Assembly (NCBI GenBank): GCA_002269645.1
Contig: NIVC01000491.1
Location: 451,243 to 515,242, forward strand
From: Macrostomum lignano
Lineage: Eukaryota
DNA length: 64,000 nucleotides
Reading direction: 5' to 3'
This document shows positions 12,881 through 25,152 of this stretch, in pieces; position 1 is the first letter of the stretch; every line of letters starts with the position of its first letter. The notes beneath the pieces are model-generated. The model was not told the origin of the DNA. It ran no database searches and was given only the letters and a program-made list of their open reading frames with translations. Made by a program: the position numbers and the translations under genes.

Positions 12881-15800
12881 TTAGGGTTAGGGTTAGGGTT
12901 AGAACTACGCACAGCTTCGTGTTAAAAGGCACTGATAAACTATTGAACTAATTGAATCAATTCATTGCGCAACCGATTTCACAGTCAGTCAGTATCAGTC
13001 TCAGTTAAAGTTAACAAAAACATTGCGCAATCTAAATCAACCCTCCAATACAAAGCAACTGACCCCCTTCCTATACACAGCGCCAGTTGGAAGTCGAAAC
13101 CCCCAACTTTATCTCTCACCTCTCGCCAAAATGAGTACAATCTTTGCAGAAAGTTTAAAGTATGGAAATAGTTTTTGCAATGCAGAGCTTTTAGTTTTCA
13201 TATTTGAAGCAAACAATTTATATCCCTGAAATCAGCTTTGCAAGTTCTTTCCAGCAATATAAATTTTTTCTCTCAAAGTTAAAAACTCGAGCAACAGTTT
13301 GCGTTTGAAACTTTCTGATTTAAAGCATTGAAATATCGATTGTACGTTCACTGCCTGCTAAAGAGGCCCGCAAGTTTATGCATTGAATTTCAACGTTCAA
13401 CAAAATCACAGGGCTGCCTATTGAAAATTAGAACACAAATCTTTGCGCAATTGTCTATACAGTCAGCCAGTGAGCCAGGGTCCGATTGTACACAGGCAGC
13501 CATTTAGAACGCCCCATCCCCCCACTGGAGAGAAAATACACTGCAGAGATAGGGAAAAGTTGTGGCGCAATCACTTGAAATTCATGCAAATTTTCAGCTC
13601 CAAGCAGAAAGAGGGGACAATTAAGATTATCAAAGGTCAAGACCGCCGTTTTCTGCTTTTTTGAGGATTTAAGAAATTAAAATTTCAGAATTAAAATAGC
13701 CTATAGCCGACCTCGGATAATTTCCAATCTTCCCATATAAGTTTCAACGCTGAGTTGCCACTATTCAAGGAGGAGTTGTCGAAATGACAGACAGACACAC
13801 AGACAGACAGACAAACAACGCGTCAACTTTAGTATATAGAGTGGAACTCCTCCTTCGGAGGAGAAAGGGGAAGAACTCCCATCACCGGAATTCTGAAGGG
13901 GAAGAACTCCCATCAGCTGAAATTCCATGACTTGAATCCCATCTTCCAAATCATCTCCAAATCCTCTACAATGCATTTCAATTACCGGATATCTTGTTTT
14001 CCCTATTTGCAAAAACTCACTGGCATTGTCCAGACTCGGACTCTCATGTCTCTGCTCTCATTTCTCATATCTCATATCTTTCATATCACTCTCTCCTTTC
14101 TTATCTTCCATCTTTCTGCCCTCCTTACTACCGTCTCTTGTCACCTCTCTTTTCTCTCCTCTCCATTCTTCTCTCCTTTCCTTTCTCCTCTCATCTTCTC
14201 CCCTCTCTTCTCAAATCTCTCTCTCTCTTTTCTCACTTATCTCTTTTCTATTTGCATCTCTCATCTCTCATCTCTCTCCTCTCATCTGTACTATCTTATT
14301 TATCTCTTCTCCCAGGTCTTTCAAATTTACTCTCTCCTGTCTCCTCTCTCCCCTCGTCTCTCCTCTCTCATATCTCTTCTCTACTCACTTATCTATTCTC
14401 TCTACTCTGCTCCCCTTTTACACTTTCCTATATGCTCTCACTCTCACCATCTCCTTTCTTATCTCCTGTTTTTTACACCCCTTTCTACCACCTGTCTTCT
14501 CTTGTTTCTCTCCTCTCTGCACTCTCATCTTTACCCTCTTCTTTCTCCTCACTACTTTCTTCTCTTAAATCTCTGATCTCTGATCTTTCATCTCTCTCCT
14601 CTCAACTCTCACCTCTCTCCTCTCTTTCCTCTCTTCTATTGCCTCTGTGCGCTCTTATCCCTCTTTTCTTCTCTGTCCTGTCTCCTCTCTGCTATTTCAT
14701 ATCTCCTCTCTCATATCCTCTCCCTTCATCTCCTCTCTCCTCTTCTCTTCTCTCTCCTTCGTTCCCGCCTTACTCCCCTCTTCTCTCCCATCTGTCATGT
14801 CTAATCTCTCCACTCATTTCTACTCTGCTTTCTATCATCTCATCTCTCTTCTCTTTTCATTCTTCTCTTTACTCTCTTCTCTGACTGATTGAAGATGCCA
14901 AATCCATCAAGATCCTCTCCGCGAAGCAGAAATCCTGTCCGTGCAACTGAAAACCATCGAAATCCTCTCCGTGAAACTGGACTCCTTCGAAGTCCTCTCC
15001 TTGAAACTTAAATTTATCAAAATCGTCTCCAAAAAACAGAAATCAATCATAAATTATCTCCGCGAAACAGAAATCCTCTCCGTGAAGCTGAACATCATCG
15101 AAATCCTCTCCGTGAAGCTGAACACCATCGAAATCCTCTCCACGAAACAGAAATTTTCTCCGTCAAAATTAAAACATTGAAATCGTCTCCGCTAAACTTG
15201 ACTTAATCGAATTTTTTCCGTCAAACAACTCAACTCTCCGGATTCATTGGTTAGGGTTAGGGTTAGGGTTAGAACTGCGCACAGCTTCGTGTTAAAAAGC
15301 ACTGATAAAAATATTGAACTAATTGTATCAATTCATTGCGCAACCGATTTCACAGTCAGTCAGTATCAGTCTCAGTTAAAGTTAACAAAAACATTGCGCA
15401 ATCTAAATCAACCCTTCAATACACAGCAGCAGTGAGAAGTTGAACCCTCCCCCAACTTTATCTATTACGTCTCGCAAAACTGAGTACGATTTTTGCAGAA
15501 AGTTAAATGTATGGAAATAGTTTTTTAAATGCTGTGCTTTTTCTTTTCATATTTAAAGCAAACAACTTATATCCCCGAACTCAGCGTTGCAAGATCTTTC
15601 CAGCAATATCAGTTTCTCCTATCAAAGTTTAAAACTCGAGGAACAGTTAGCGTTTAAAACTGTCTGATTTATAGCATTGAAGTATCGAGTGTACGTTGAC
15701 TGCCTGCTTGCAAGTTGATGCATTGAATTTCAATGTCCAACAAATACACAGGGCTGCCCATTGAAAGGCAGGAAAACTTATCAGTAGCCATATCATTGCG

Positions 15801-18800
15801 CAATTATCTATACAGTCAGCCAGTGAGCCAGGGTCCAAGTGTACACACGCAGCCACTGAGAACGCTCCCACCCCCCACTGGAAAGAAAATACACTACAGA
15901 GATAGGGAAAAGTTGTGGCGCAATCACTAAAAATTCATGCATTTTTTCAGCTCCAAGCAGAAAGAGGGGACAATTAAGATTATCAAAGGTCAAGATTCAA
16001 GTTTTCTGCTTTTTTGAGGATCTAAGAAATTAAAATTTCAGAATTAAAATAGCCTATAGCCGACCTCGGATTATTTCCAATCTTCCCATATAAGTTTCAA
16101 CGCTGAGTTGCCACTATTCAAGGAGGAGTTGTCGAAATGACAGACAGACACACAGACAGACAGACAAACAACGCGTCAACTTTAGTATATATAGAAGTGG
16201 AACTCCTCCTTCGGAGGAGAAAGGGGAAGAACTCCCATCACCGGAATTCCATTCCCTGAATTATCCATCAACTGAAATTCCATGTCTTGAACCCCATCTT
16301 CCAAATCGTCTCCAAATTCTTTACAAACCTTTCAAAGACCATAGCTCAAAGACTCTTACGTCTCTCATATCTACTCTCTCCTCTCTTCGCTATTATCGTG
16401 ACTCGCTTCTCTCTCCTCTCTCTCATCTCATCTCTACCCCTACTCTCTTATTTATCTCTACTCCCTTATTTATCTCTTCTCCCTCGTCTTTCTTCTGTAC
16501 CCTCTCCTGTCTACTCTCCTATCTTCTATCTTATCTCTCCCCTTTTCTCTCCTCTCTCATATCTCATCTCTAATCACTTATCTATCGTCTCCGCTCTACT
16601 TTCTCTCTTCCCTTTTCTCTCTTCTCTCTGCTCTCATTTCTCGTATCTCTTATACGCTCTCAACCTCTCCTTTCTTATCTCCCATTTTTCTTCCCTCCTT
16701 TCTACTGCATCACCTGTCTCCTCTCCTCTCCATTCTCTCTTCTCTCCTCTCTCTCCTCTCATCTGTACTATCTTATTTATCTCTTCTCCCAGGTCTTTCA
16801 AATTTACTCTCTCCTGTCTCCTCTCTCCCTCGTCTTTCCTCTCTCATATCTCTTCTCTACTCACTTATCTATTCTCTCTCCTCTGCTCCCCTTTTACACT
16901 TTCGTATATGCTCTCACTCTCACCCTCTCCTTTCTTATCTCCTGTTTTTTACACTCCTTTCTACCACCTGTCTCCTCTCGTTTCTCTCCTCTCTGCACTC
17001 TCATCTTTACCCTCTTCTTTCTCCTCACTACTTTCTTCTCTTAAATCTCTGATCTCTGATCTTTCATCTCTCTCCTCTCACCTCTCACCTCTCTCCTCTC
17101 TTTCCTCTCTTCTATTGCCTCTGTACACTCTTATCCCTCCTTTCTTCTCTCTCCTGTCTCCTCTCTGCTATCTCATATCTCCTCTCTCATATCCTCTCCC
17201 TTCATCTCCTCTCTTCTCTTCTCTTCTCTCTCCTTCGTTCCCGCCTTATACTCCCCTCTTCTCTCCCATCTGTCATGTCTAATCTCTCCACTCATTTCTA
17301 CTCTGTTTTCTATCATTTCATCTCTCTTCTCTTTTCATTCTTCTCTTTACTCTCTTCTCTGACTGATTGAAGATGCCAAATCTATCAAGATCTTCTCCGC
17401 GAAGCAGAAATCCTGTCCGTGCAACTGAAAACCATCGAAATCCTCTCCGTGAAACTGGACTGCTTCGAAATCCTCTCCTTGAAACTTAAATCCATCAAAA
17501 TCGTCTCCATAAAGCAGAAATCAATCATTAATTATCTCCGCGAAACAGAAATCCTCTCCGTGAGGCTGAACATCATCAAAATCCTCTCCGTGAAACTGAA
17601 CACCATCGAAATCCTCTCCACGAAACAGAAATTCTCTCCGTCAAAATTAAAACATTGAAATCGTCTCCGCTAAACTGGACTCAATCGAATTTTTTCCGTC
17701 AAACAACTCAACTCTCCGGATTCATTGGTTAGGGTTAGGGTTAGGGTTAGGGTTAGGGTTAGAACTACGCACAGCTTCGTGTTAAAAGGCACTGATAAAA
17801 ATATTGAACTAATTGAATCAATTCATTGCGCAACCGATTTCACAGTCAGTCAGTATTAGTCTCAGTTAAAGTTAAAAAAAAGATTGCGCAATCTAAATCA
17901 ACCCTTCAATACACAGCAGCTGTGAGAAGTTAAACCCTCCCCCAACTTTATCTCTTACGTCTCGCAAAACTGAGTACAATTTATGCAGAAAGTTAAAAGT
18001 ATGGAAATAGTTTTTTAAATGCGGTGCTTTTTCTTTTCATATTTAAAGCAAACAACTTATATCCCTAAACTCAGCGTTGCAAGATCTTTCCAGCAATATA
18101 AGTCTCTCCTCTCAAAGTTTAAAACTCGAGGAACAGTTAGGGTTTGAAACTGTCTGATTTATAGCATTGAAGTATCGAGTGTACGTTCACTGCCTGCTTG
18201 CAAGTTGATGCATTGAATTTCAATGTCCAACAAATACACAGGGCTGCCCATTGAAAGGCAGGAAAACTTATCAGTAGCCATATCATTGCGCAATTATCTA
18301 TACAGTCAGCCAGTGAGCCAGGGTCCAAATGTACACACGCAGCCACTGAGAACGCTCCCACCCCCCACTGGAAAGAAAATACACTACAGAGATAGGGAAA
18401 AGTTGTGGCGCAATCACTAAAAATTCATGCATTTTTTCAGCTCCGAGCAGAAAGAGGAGACAAATAAGATTATCAAAGGTCAAGATTTGAGTTTTCTGCT
18501 TTTTTGAGGATCTTAGAAATTAAAATTTCAGAATTAAAATAGCCTATAGCCGACCTCGGATAATTTCCAATCTTCCCATATAAGTTTCAACGCTGAGTTG
18601 GCACTATTCAAGGAGGAGTTGTCGAAATGACAGACACACAGACAGACACACAGACAAACAACGCGTCAACTTTAGTATATACGAGTGGAACTCCTCCTTC
18701 GGAGGAGAAAGGGGAAGAACTCTCATCACCGGAATTCCATTCCCTGAATTATCCATCAACTGAAATTCCATGTCTTGAACCCCATCTTCCAAATCGTCTC

Positions 18801-21800
18801 CAAATTCTTTACAAACCTTTCAAAGACCATAGCTCAAAGACTCTTACGTCTCTCAAATCTACTCTCTCCTCTCTTCGCTATTTTCGTGACTCGCTTCTCT
18901 CTCCTCTCTCTCATCTCATCTCTACCCCTACTCTCTTATTTATCTCTACTCCCTTATTTATCTCTTCTCCCTCGTCTTTCGTCTGTACCCTCTCCTGTCT
19001 ACTCTCCTATCTTCTATCTTATCTCTCCCCTTTTCTCTCCTCTCTCATATCTCATCTCTACTTACTTATCTATTGTCTCCGCTCTACTTTCTCTCTTCTC
19101 TCTGCTCTCATTTCTCGTATCTCTTATACGCTCTCACCCTCTCCTTTGTTATCTACCATCTTTCTTCCCTTTCTACTGCATCACCTGTCTCCTCTCCTCT
19201 CTTTTCTCTCCTCTCATCTCCCCTCATCTCTTCTCTAATCTCGAATCTCTCCTCTCTCATATCTCTTCTCTACTCACTTATCTATTCTCTCTCCTCTGCT
19301 CCCCTTTTACACTTTCGTATATGCTCTCACTCTCACCCTCCCCTTTCTTATCTCCTGTTTTTTACACTCCTTTCTACCACCTGTCTCCTCTCGTTTCTCT
19401 CCTCTCTGCACTCTCATCTTTACCCTCTTCTTTCTCCTCACTACTTTCTTCTCTTAAATCTCTGATCTCTGATCTTTCATCTCTCTCCTCTCACCTCTCA
19501 CCTCTCTCCTCTCTTTCCTCTCTCCTATTGCCTCTGTACGCTCTTATCCCTCCTTTCTTCTCTCTCCTGTCTCCTCTCTGCTATCTCATGTCTCCTCTCT
19601 CATATCCTCTTCCTTCATCTCCTCTCTCCTCTTCTCTTCTCTCTCCTTCGTTCCCGCCTTACTCCCCTCTTCTCTCCCATCTGTCATGTCTAATCTCTCC
19701 ACTCATTTCTACTCTGTTTTCTACCATCTCATATCTCTTCTCTTTTCATTCTTCTCTTTACTCTCTTCTCTGACTGATTTAAGATGCCAAATCCATCAAA
19801 ATCCTCTCCGCGAAGCAGAAATCCTGTCCGTGCAACTGAAAACCATCGAAATCCTCTCCGTGAAACTGAACTCCTTCGAAATCCTCTCCTTGAAACTTAA
19901 ATCCATCAAAATGGTCTCCATAAAACATAAATCAATCATAAATTATATCCGCGAAACAGAAATCCTCTCCGTGAAGCTGAACATCATCGAAATCCTCTCC
20001 GTGAAACTGAACACCATCGAAATCCTTTCCACGAAACTGAACACCATCGAAATCCTCTCCACGAAACAGAAATCCTCTCCGTCAAAATTAAAACATTGAA
20101 ATCGTCTCCGCTAAACTGGACTCAATCGAATTTTTTGCCGTCAAACAACTCAACTCTCCGGATTCATTGGTTAGGGTTAGGGTTAGGGTTAGAACTACGC
20201 ACAGCTTCGTGTTAAAAGGCACTGATAAACTATTGAACTAATTGAATCAATTCATTGTGCAACCGATTTCACAGTCAGTCAGTATCAGTCGCAGTTAAAG
20301 TTAACAAAAACGTTGTGCAATCTAAATCAACACTCCAATACACAGCAGCAGTGAGAAGTTGAACCCTCCCCCAACTTTATCTATTACGTCTCGCAAAACT
20401 GAGTACGATTTTTGCAGAAAGTTAAAAGTATGGAAATAGTTTTTTAAATGCTGTGCTTTTTCTTTTCATATTTAAAGCAAACAACTTACATCCCCGAACT
20501 TAGCGTTGCAAGATCTTTCCAGCAATATAAGTTTCTCCTCTCAAAGTTTAAAACTCGAGGAACAGTTAGCGTTTGAAACTGTCTGATTTATAGCATTGAA
20601 GTATCGAGTGTACGTTGACTGCCTGCTTGCAAGTTGATGCATTGAATTTCAATGTCCAACAAATACACAGGGCTGCCCATTGAAAGGCAGGAAAACTTAT
20701 CAGTAGCCATATCATTGCGCAATTATCTATACAGTCAGCCAGTGAGCCAGGGTCCAAGTGTACACACGCAGCCATTTAGAACGCCCCATCCCCCCACTGG
20801 AGAGAAAATACACTACAGAGATAGGGAAAAGTTGTGGCGCAATCACTTGAAATTCATGCAAATTTTCAGCTCCAAGCAGAAAGAGGGGACAATTAAGATT
20901 ATCAAAGGTCAAGATTCAAGTTTTCTGCTTTTTTGAGGATCTTAGAAATTAAAATTTCAGAATTAAAATAGCCTATAGCCGACCTCGGATAATTTCCAAT
21001 CTTCCCATATAAGTTTCAACGCTGAGTTGGCACTATTCAAGGAGGAGTTGTCGAAATGACAGACACACAGACATACAGACAAACAACGCGTGAACTTTAG
21101 TATATGTAGATAGAAGAGATAGCCATATCATTGCGCAATTATCTATACAGTCAGCCAGTAAGCCAGGGTCCAAGTGTACACACGCAGCCACTGAGAACGC
21201 TCCCACCCCCCACTGGAAAGAAAATACACTACAGAGATAGGGAAAAGTTGTGGCGCAATCACTAAAAATTCGTGCATTTTTTCAGCTCCAAGCAGAAAGA
21301 GGGGACAAATAAGATTATCAAAGGTCAAAACCGCCGTTTTCTGCTTTTTTAGGGATCTTAAAATGTAAAAATGAAAGATTAAAATAGCCTAAAGCCATCC
21401 TCGGAAAATTTGCAGTTTTCCAATATAAGTTTCAACGCTGAGTTGCAAGTATTCTAGGAGGAGTTATGCAACAGACAAACAAACACACAAACATCGCACC
21501 AACTTTAGTATATACGAGAGTGGAACTCCTCCTTCGGAGGAGAAAGGGGAAGAACTCCCATCACCGGAATTCCATTCCCTGAAATATCCATCAACTGAAA
21601 TTCCATGTCTTGAACCCTATCTTCCAAATCGTCTCCAAATTCTTTACAAAACCTTTCAAAGACCATAGCTCAAAGACTCTCACGTCTCTCATATCTACTC
21701 TCTCCACTCTGTGCTATTATCGTGACTCTCTTCTCTCTCCTCTCTCTCATCTCATCTCTACCCGTACTCCCTTATTTATGTTTTCTCCCTCGTCTTTCGT

Positions 21801-24108
21801 CTGTACCCTCTCCTGTCTCTTGTCTCCTCTCTTCTCTCATATCTCTCCTCTTCACTTCTGTCTCCTGTCTTCTCTCTTCTCTCTTATCTCTCCCTCTTCT
21901 CTCCTCTTTTATATGTCATCCCTATTCACTTATCTATCGTCTCTCTTAACCCTCTCTCTCTTCTCTTTTCTTTCCTCTCTGCTCTCATTTCTCATATCTC
22001 ATATACGCTCTCACACTCCACTTACTTGTCTCCAATCTTTCTTTCCTCCTTTCCACTTTTCCCTGTCTCTTCTCTTCTCTCTTTTCTATCCTCTCCATTC
22101 TCTCTTTTCTCCTCCCCTTGCTCCTTTTATCTTCTCCCCTCTCTTCTCTAATCTCTTCTCTCTTCTCTCTTATGTTCTCACTCATCTCTTATCATCGCAT
22201 CTCTCATCTCTCCTCTCCTCACTACTTTCCTCTCTTAACTCTCTTATCTATTTCATCTCTCTCCTCTCTCCTCTTTCTCTTCTCCTCTCGCTTCTTCTCT
22301 CGCTTCTCTCTCCTATCTCTCCTCTCATCTCTACTACCGTATTTATATCTTCTAACTGGTCCTTCGTCTCTACTCTCTCCTTTCTCCTTTCTCCCCTCTT
22401 TTCTCCTTTCTTGTCTCTCCTGTCTCCTCTCCTCTCTCATCCCTCATCCTCTCATCTCACTCTTTCTTTCTCCTCTACTCTCCCCTCTCTTCTATTTTCT
22501 CTGTACGCTCTTATCCCTAATCTATTTTCTCTCCTCTCTCCTCTTTTCTTCTCTCTCCCTCTTCGTTCCCGCCTAAATCCCCTCTTCTCTCCAATCTGTC
22601 ATGTCTAATATCTCCACTTATTTCTACTCTGTTTTCTATCATCTCATCTCTCTTCTGCTTTCATTCTTCTCTTTACTCTTTTCTCTGACTGATTGAAGAT
22701 GCCAAATCCATCAAGATCCTCTCCGCGAAGCAGAAATCCTGTCCGTGCAACTGAAAACCATCGAAATCCTCTCCGTGAAACTGGACTCCTTCGAAATCCT
22801 TTCCGTGAAACTGAAAACCATCGAAATTCTCTCTTTTAAACTGGACTCAATCGAAATTTTCTCCGTCAAAAAAATAAATATCAGGATTCATTGGTTAGGG
22901 TTATTGTTAGGGTTAGGGTTACGGTTAAAGCTACACACAGCTGCGTGTTCAAATAAAAAATTGAACCAATTGAATCAATTGATTGCGCAACCGATTTCTC
23001 AGTCAGTCAGTATCAGTCTCAGTTAAAGTTAACAAAAACATTGCGCAATCTAAATCAACCCTCCAATACACAGCAGCAGTGAGAAGTTGAACTCTCCCCC
23101 CAACTTTATCTATTACGTCTCGCAAAACTGAGTACAATTTTTGCAGAAAGTTAAAAGTATGGAAATAGTTTTTTTCAATGCTGTGCTTTTTCTTTTCATA
23201 TTTAAAGCAAACAATTTATATCCCTGAAATCAGCTTTGCAAGTTCTTTCTAGCAATATTAATTTTTTCTTTCGAAGTTAAAAACTCGAGCAACAGTTTGC
23301 GTTTGAAACTTTCTGATTTAATGCATTGAAATATCAATTGTACGTTCACTGCCTGCTAAAGAGGCCCGCAAGTTTATGCATTGAATTTCAAGGTTCAACA
23401 AAACACAGGGCTGCCTATTGAAAATTAGAACACAAATCTTTGCGCAATTGTCTATAAAGTCAGCCGGTGAGCCAGGGTCCGATTGTACACATGCAGCCAT
23501 TTAGAACGCCCCATCCCCCCACTGGAGAGAAAATACACTGCAGAGATAGGGAAAAGTTGTGGCGCAATCACTTGAAATTCATGCAAATTTTCAGCTCCAA
23601 GCAGAAAGAGGGGACAATTAAGATTATCAAAGGTCAAGACCGCCGTTTTCTGCTTTTTTGAGGATCTTAGAAATTAAAATTTCAGAATTAAAATAGCCTA
23701 TAGCCGACCTCGGATAATTTCCAATCTTCCCATATAAGTTTCAACGCTGAGTTGGCACTATTCAAGGAGGAGTTGTCGAAATGACAGACAGACAGACAGA
23801 CAAACAACACGTCAACTTTAGTATATACGAGGCCAACTCCTCCTTCGGAGAAGAAAGGGGAAGAACTCCAATCAGCGGAATTCCATTCCCTGAACTCCAT
23901 AAGCGGAATCCCATTTTCCAACACCTCTCCGCGCAACAGAAATCGTCTCCGTGAAACTGAACACTATCGAAATCCTCTCCGTGAAACTGAACACCATCGA
24001 AATATTCTCCGCGAAATAGAAATCCTCTCCGTGAAACTGGACTAAATCGAAATTTCTACGTCAAATAGCCCAGCTCTCAGAATTCATTGGTTAGGGTTAG
24101 GGTTAGGG
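12881..24108 (+). repeat. Interstitial telomere-like TTAGGG runs, one per B unit (12881 x3, 15251 x3, 17729 x5, 20171 x3, 22895 degenerate, 24091 x3)
   Basis: Read directly; always preceded by ATTCATTGG. Confidence 0.9.
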
Positions 24109-25152
24109 TTGACAGCTGCGTGTTGAAAGGCGCCGTAAAAACATTGAACCAATTAAATTGCGCAACTTATTTCTCAGGCAGTCAGTATCAGCCTCAGTTA
24201 AAGTTAACAAAAAGATTGCGCAATCTAAATCAACCCTCAAATACACAGCAACCGACCCCCCTTCCAATACGCAGTGCAGCTAGAAATTGAACCCCCCCCA
24301 CCAACTATTGGGGGGTCGGTCGAACTCCCATTGAACTCCAAAATGAGCACAATCTTTGCAGAAAGCTAAAAGTATGAAAATCTTTTCTTGAATGCTGTGA
24401 ATTTAATTTTCATATTTAAAGCAAAAAACTTATATCCCCGAACTCATTGCAGCAAGATCTTTCCAGCAATATAAGTCTCTCCTCTCTAAGTTCAAAACTC
24501 GAGCAACAGTTAGTGTTTGAAACTTTCTGATTTTAAGCATTGAAATATCGAGTGTACGTTCACTGCCTGCTAAAGATGCTCGCAAGTTTATGCATTAAAA
24601 TGCACTGAATTTCACTGTGCAAAAAATACACAGGGCTTCCTGTTAAAAAACAGAACACAAATAGTTGCGCAATTGTCTATAAAGTCAGTCAGTGAGCCAG
24701 GGTTCAAGTGTACACACGCAGCCACTGAGAACGCGACCATCCCCCCACTTGAGAGAAAATACACTGCCAAGATAGAAAAATTTTATGGCGCAATCACTAA
24801 AATTGATGCAAATTTTCAGCTCCAAGCAGAAAGAGGGGACAATTAAGATTATCAAAGGTCAAGACCGCCATTTTCTGCTTTTTTAGGGATCTTAAAAATT
24901 GAAAATGAAAGATTAAAATAGCCTAAAGCCATCCTCGGAAAATTTGCAGTTTTCCCATATAAGTTTCAACGCTGACTTGCAAGTATTCTAGGAGGAGTTA
25001 TCCAACAAACACACACACACACAGACAAACAACGCACCAACTTTAGTATTAAGATATTCTAGGAGGAGTTATCCAACAAACACACACACACACAGACAAA
25101 CAACGCACCAACTTTAGTATTAAGATAGAAGATAGATAGATAGAGAAGAAGA

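Larger units (their letters stand above)
11065..25125 (-). mobile_element. Head-to-tail array of Helitron-like element B: units 11065-13840, 13841-16195, 16196-18681, 18682-21119, partial 21120-21514, 21515-23827, 23828-25125
   Basis: Each unit has a 5' (TC)TATATACTAAAG head, a GTCT/GT microsatellite and AACTCCTCC; internally a (CCCTAA)n run, ~30-bp repeats and a GA-rich tract; and a 3' CTCCTCC-GAA-GGAGGAG hairpin plus TTCCA-CTCG. The array is flanked by A (25126) and T (11064). Confidence 0.8.
6043..25152 (-). mobile_element. 19.1-kb non-autonomous Helitron-like composite (element A plus nested element-B array)
   Basis: On the minus strand it starts TC (25152) and ends with a GC-rich GAA-loop hairpin (6058-6076), 11 nt, then CTAG (6046-6043). 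There is no TSD; excision restores GTGTTAA|CATCTAGATC of the host minisatellite. No Rep/helicase ORF seen. Confidence 0.8.

Noticed and set aside
11153-22608. 300-400 aa Leu/Ser-rich ORFs resembling membrane proteins
   Set aside because: Translations of CT-rich tracts; overlapping frames, no motifs, repeated with frameshifts between units.
12881-24108. True telomere or chromosome-fusion site
   Set aside because: Only 3-5 repeats each, at a fixed position in a repeated unit, single orientation, inside an intron.
11065-25125. Assembly stutter as explanation of the array
   Set aside because: Units differ in length, subtype and junction sequence; still needs read confirmation.
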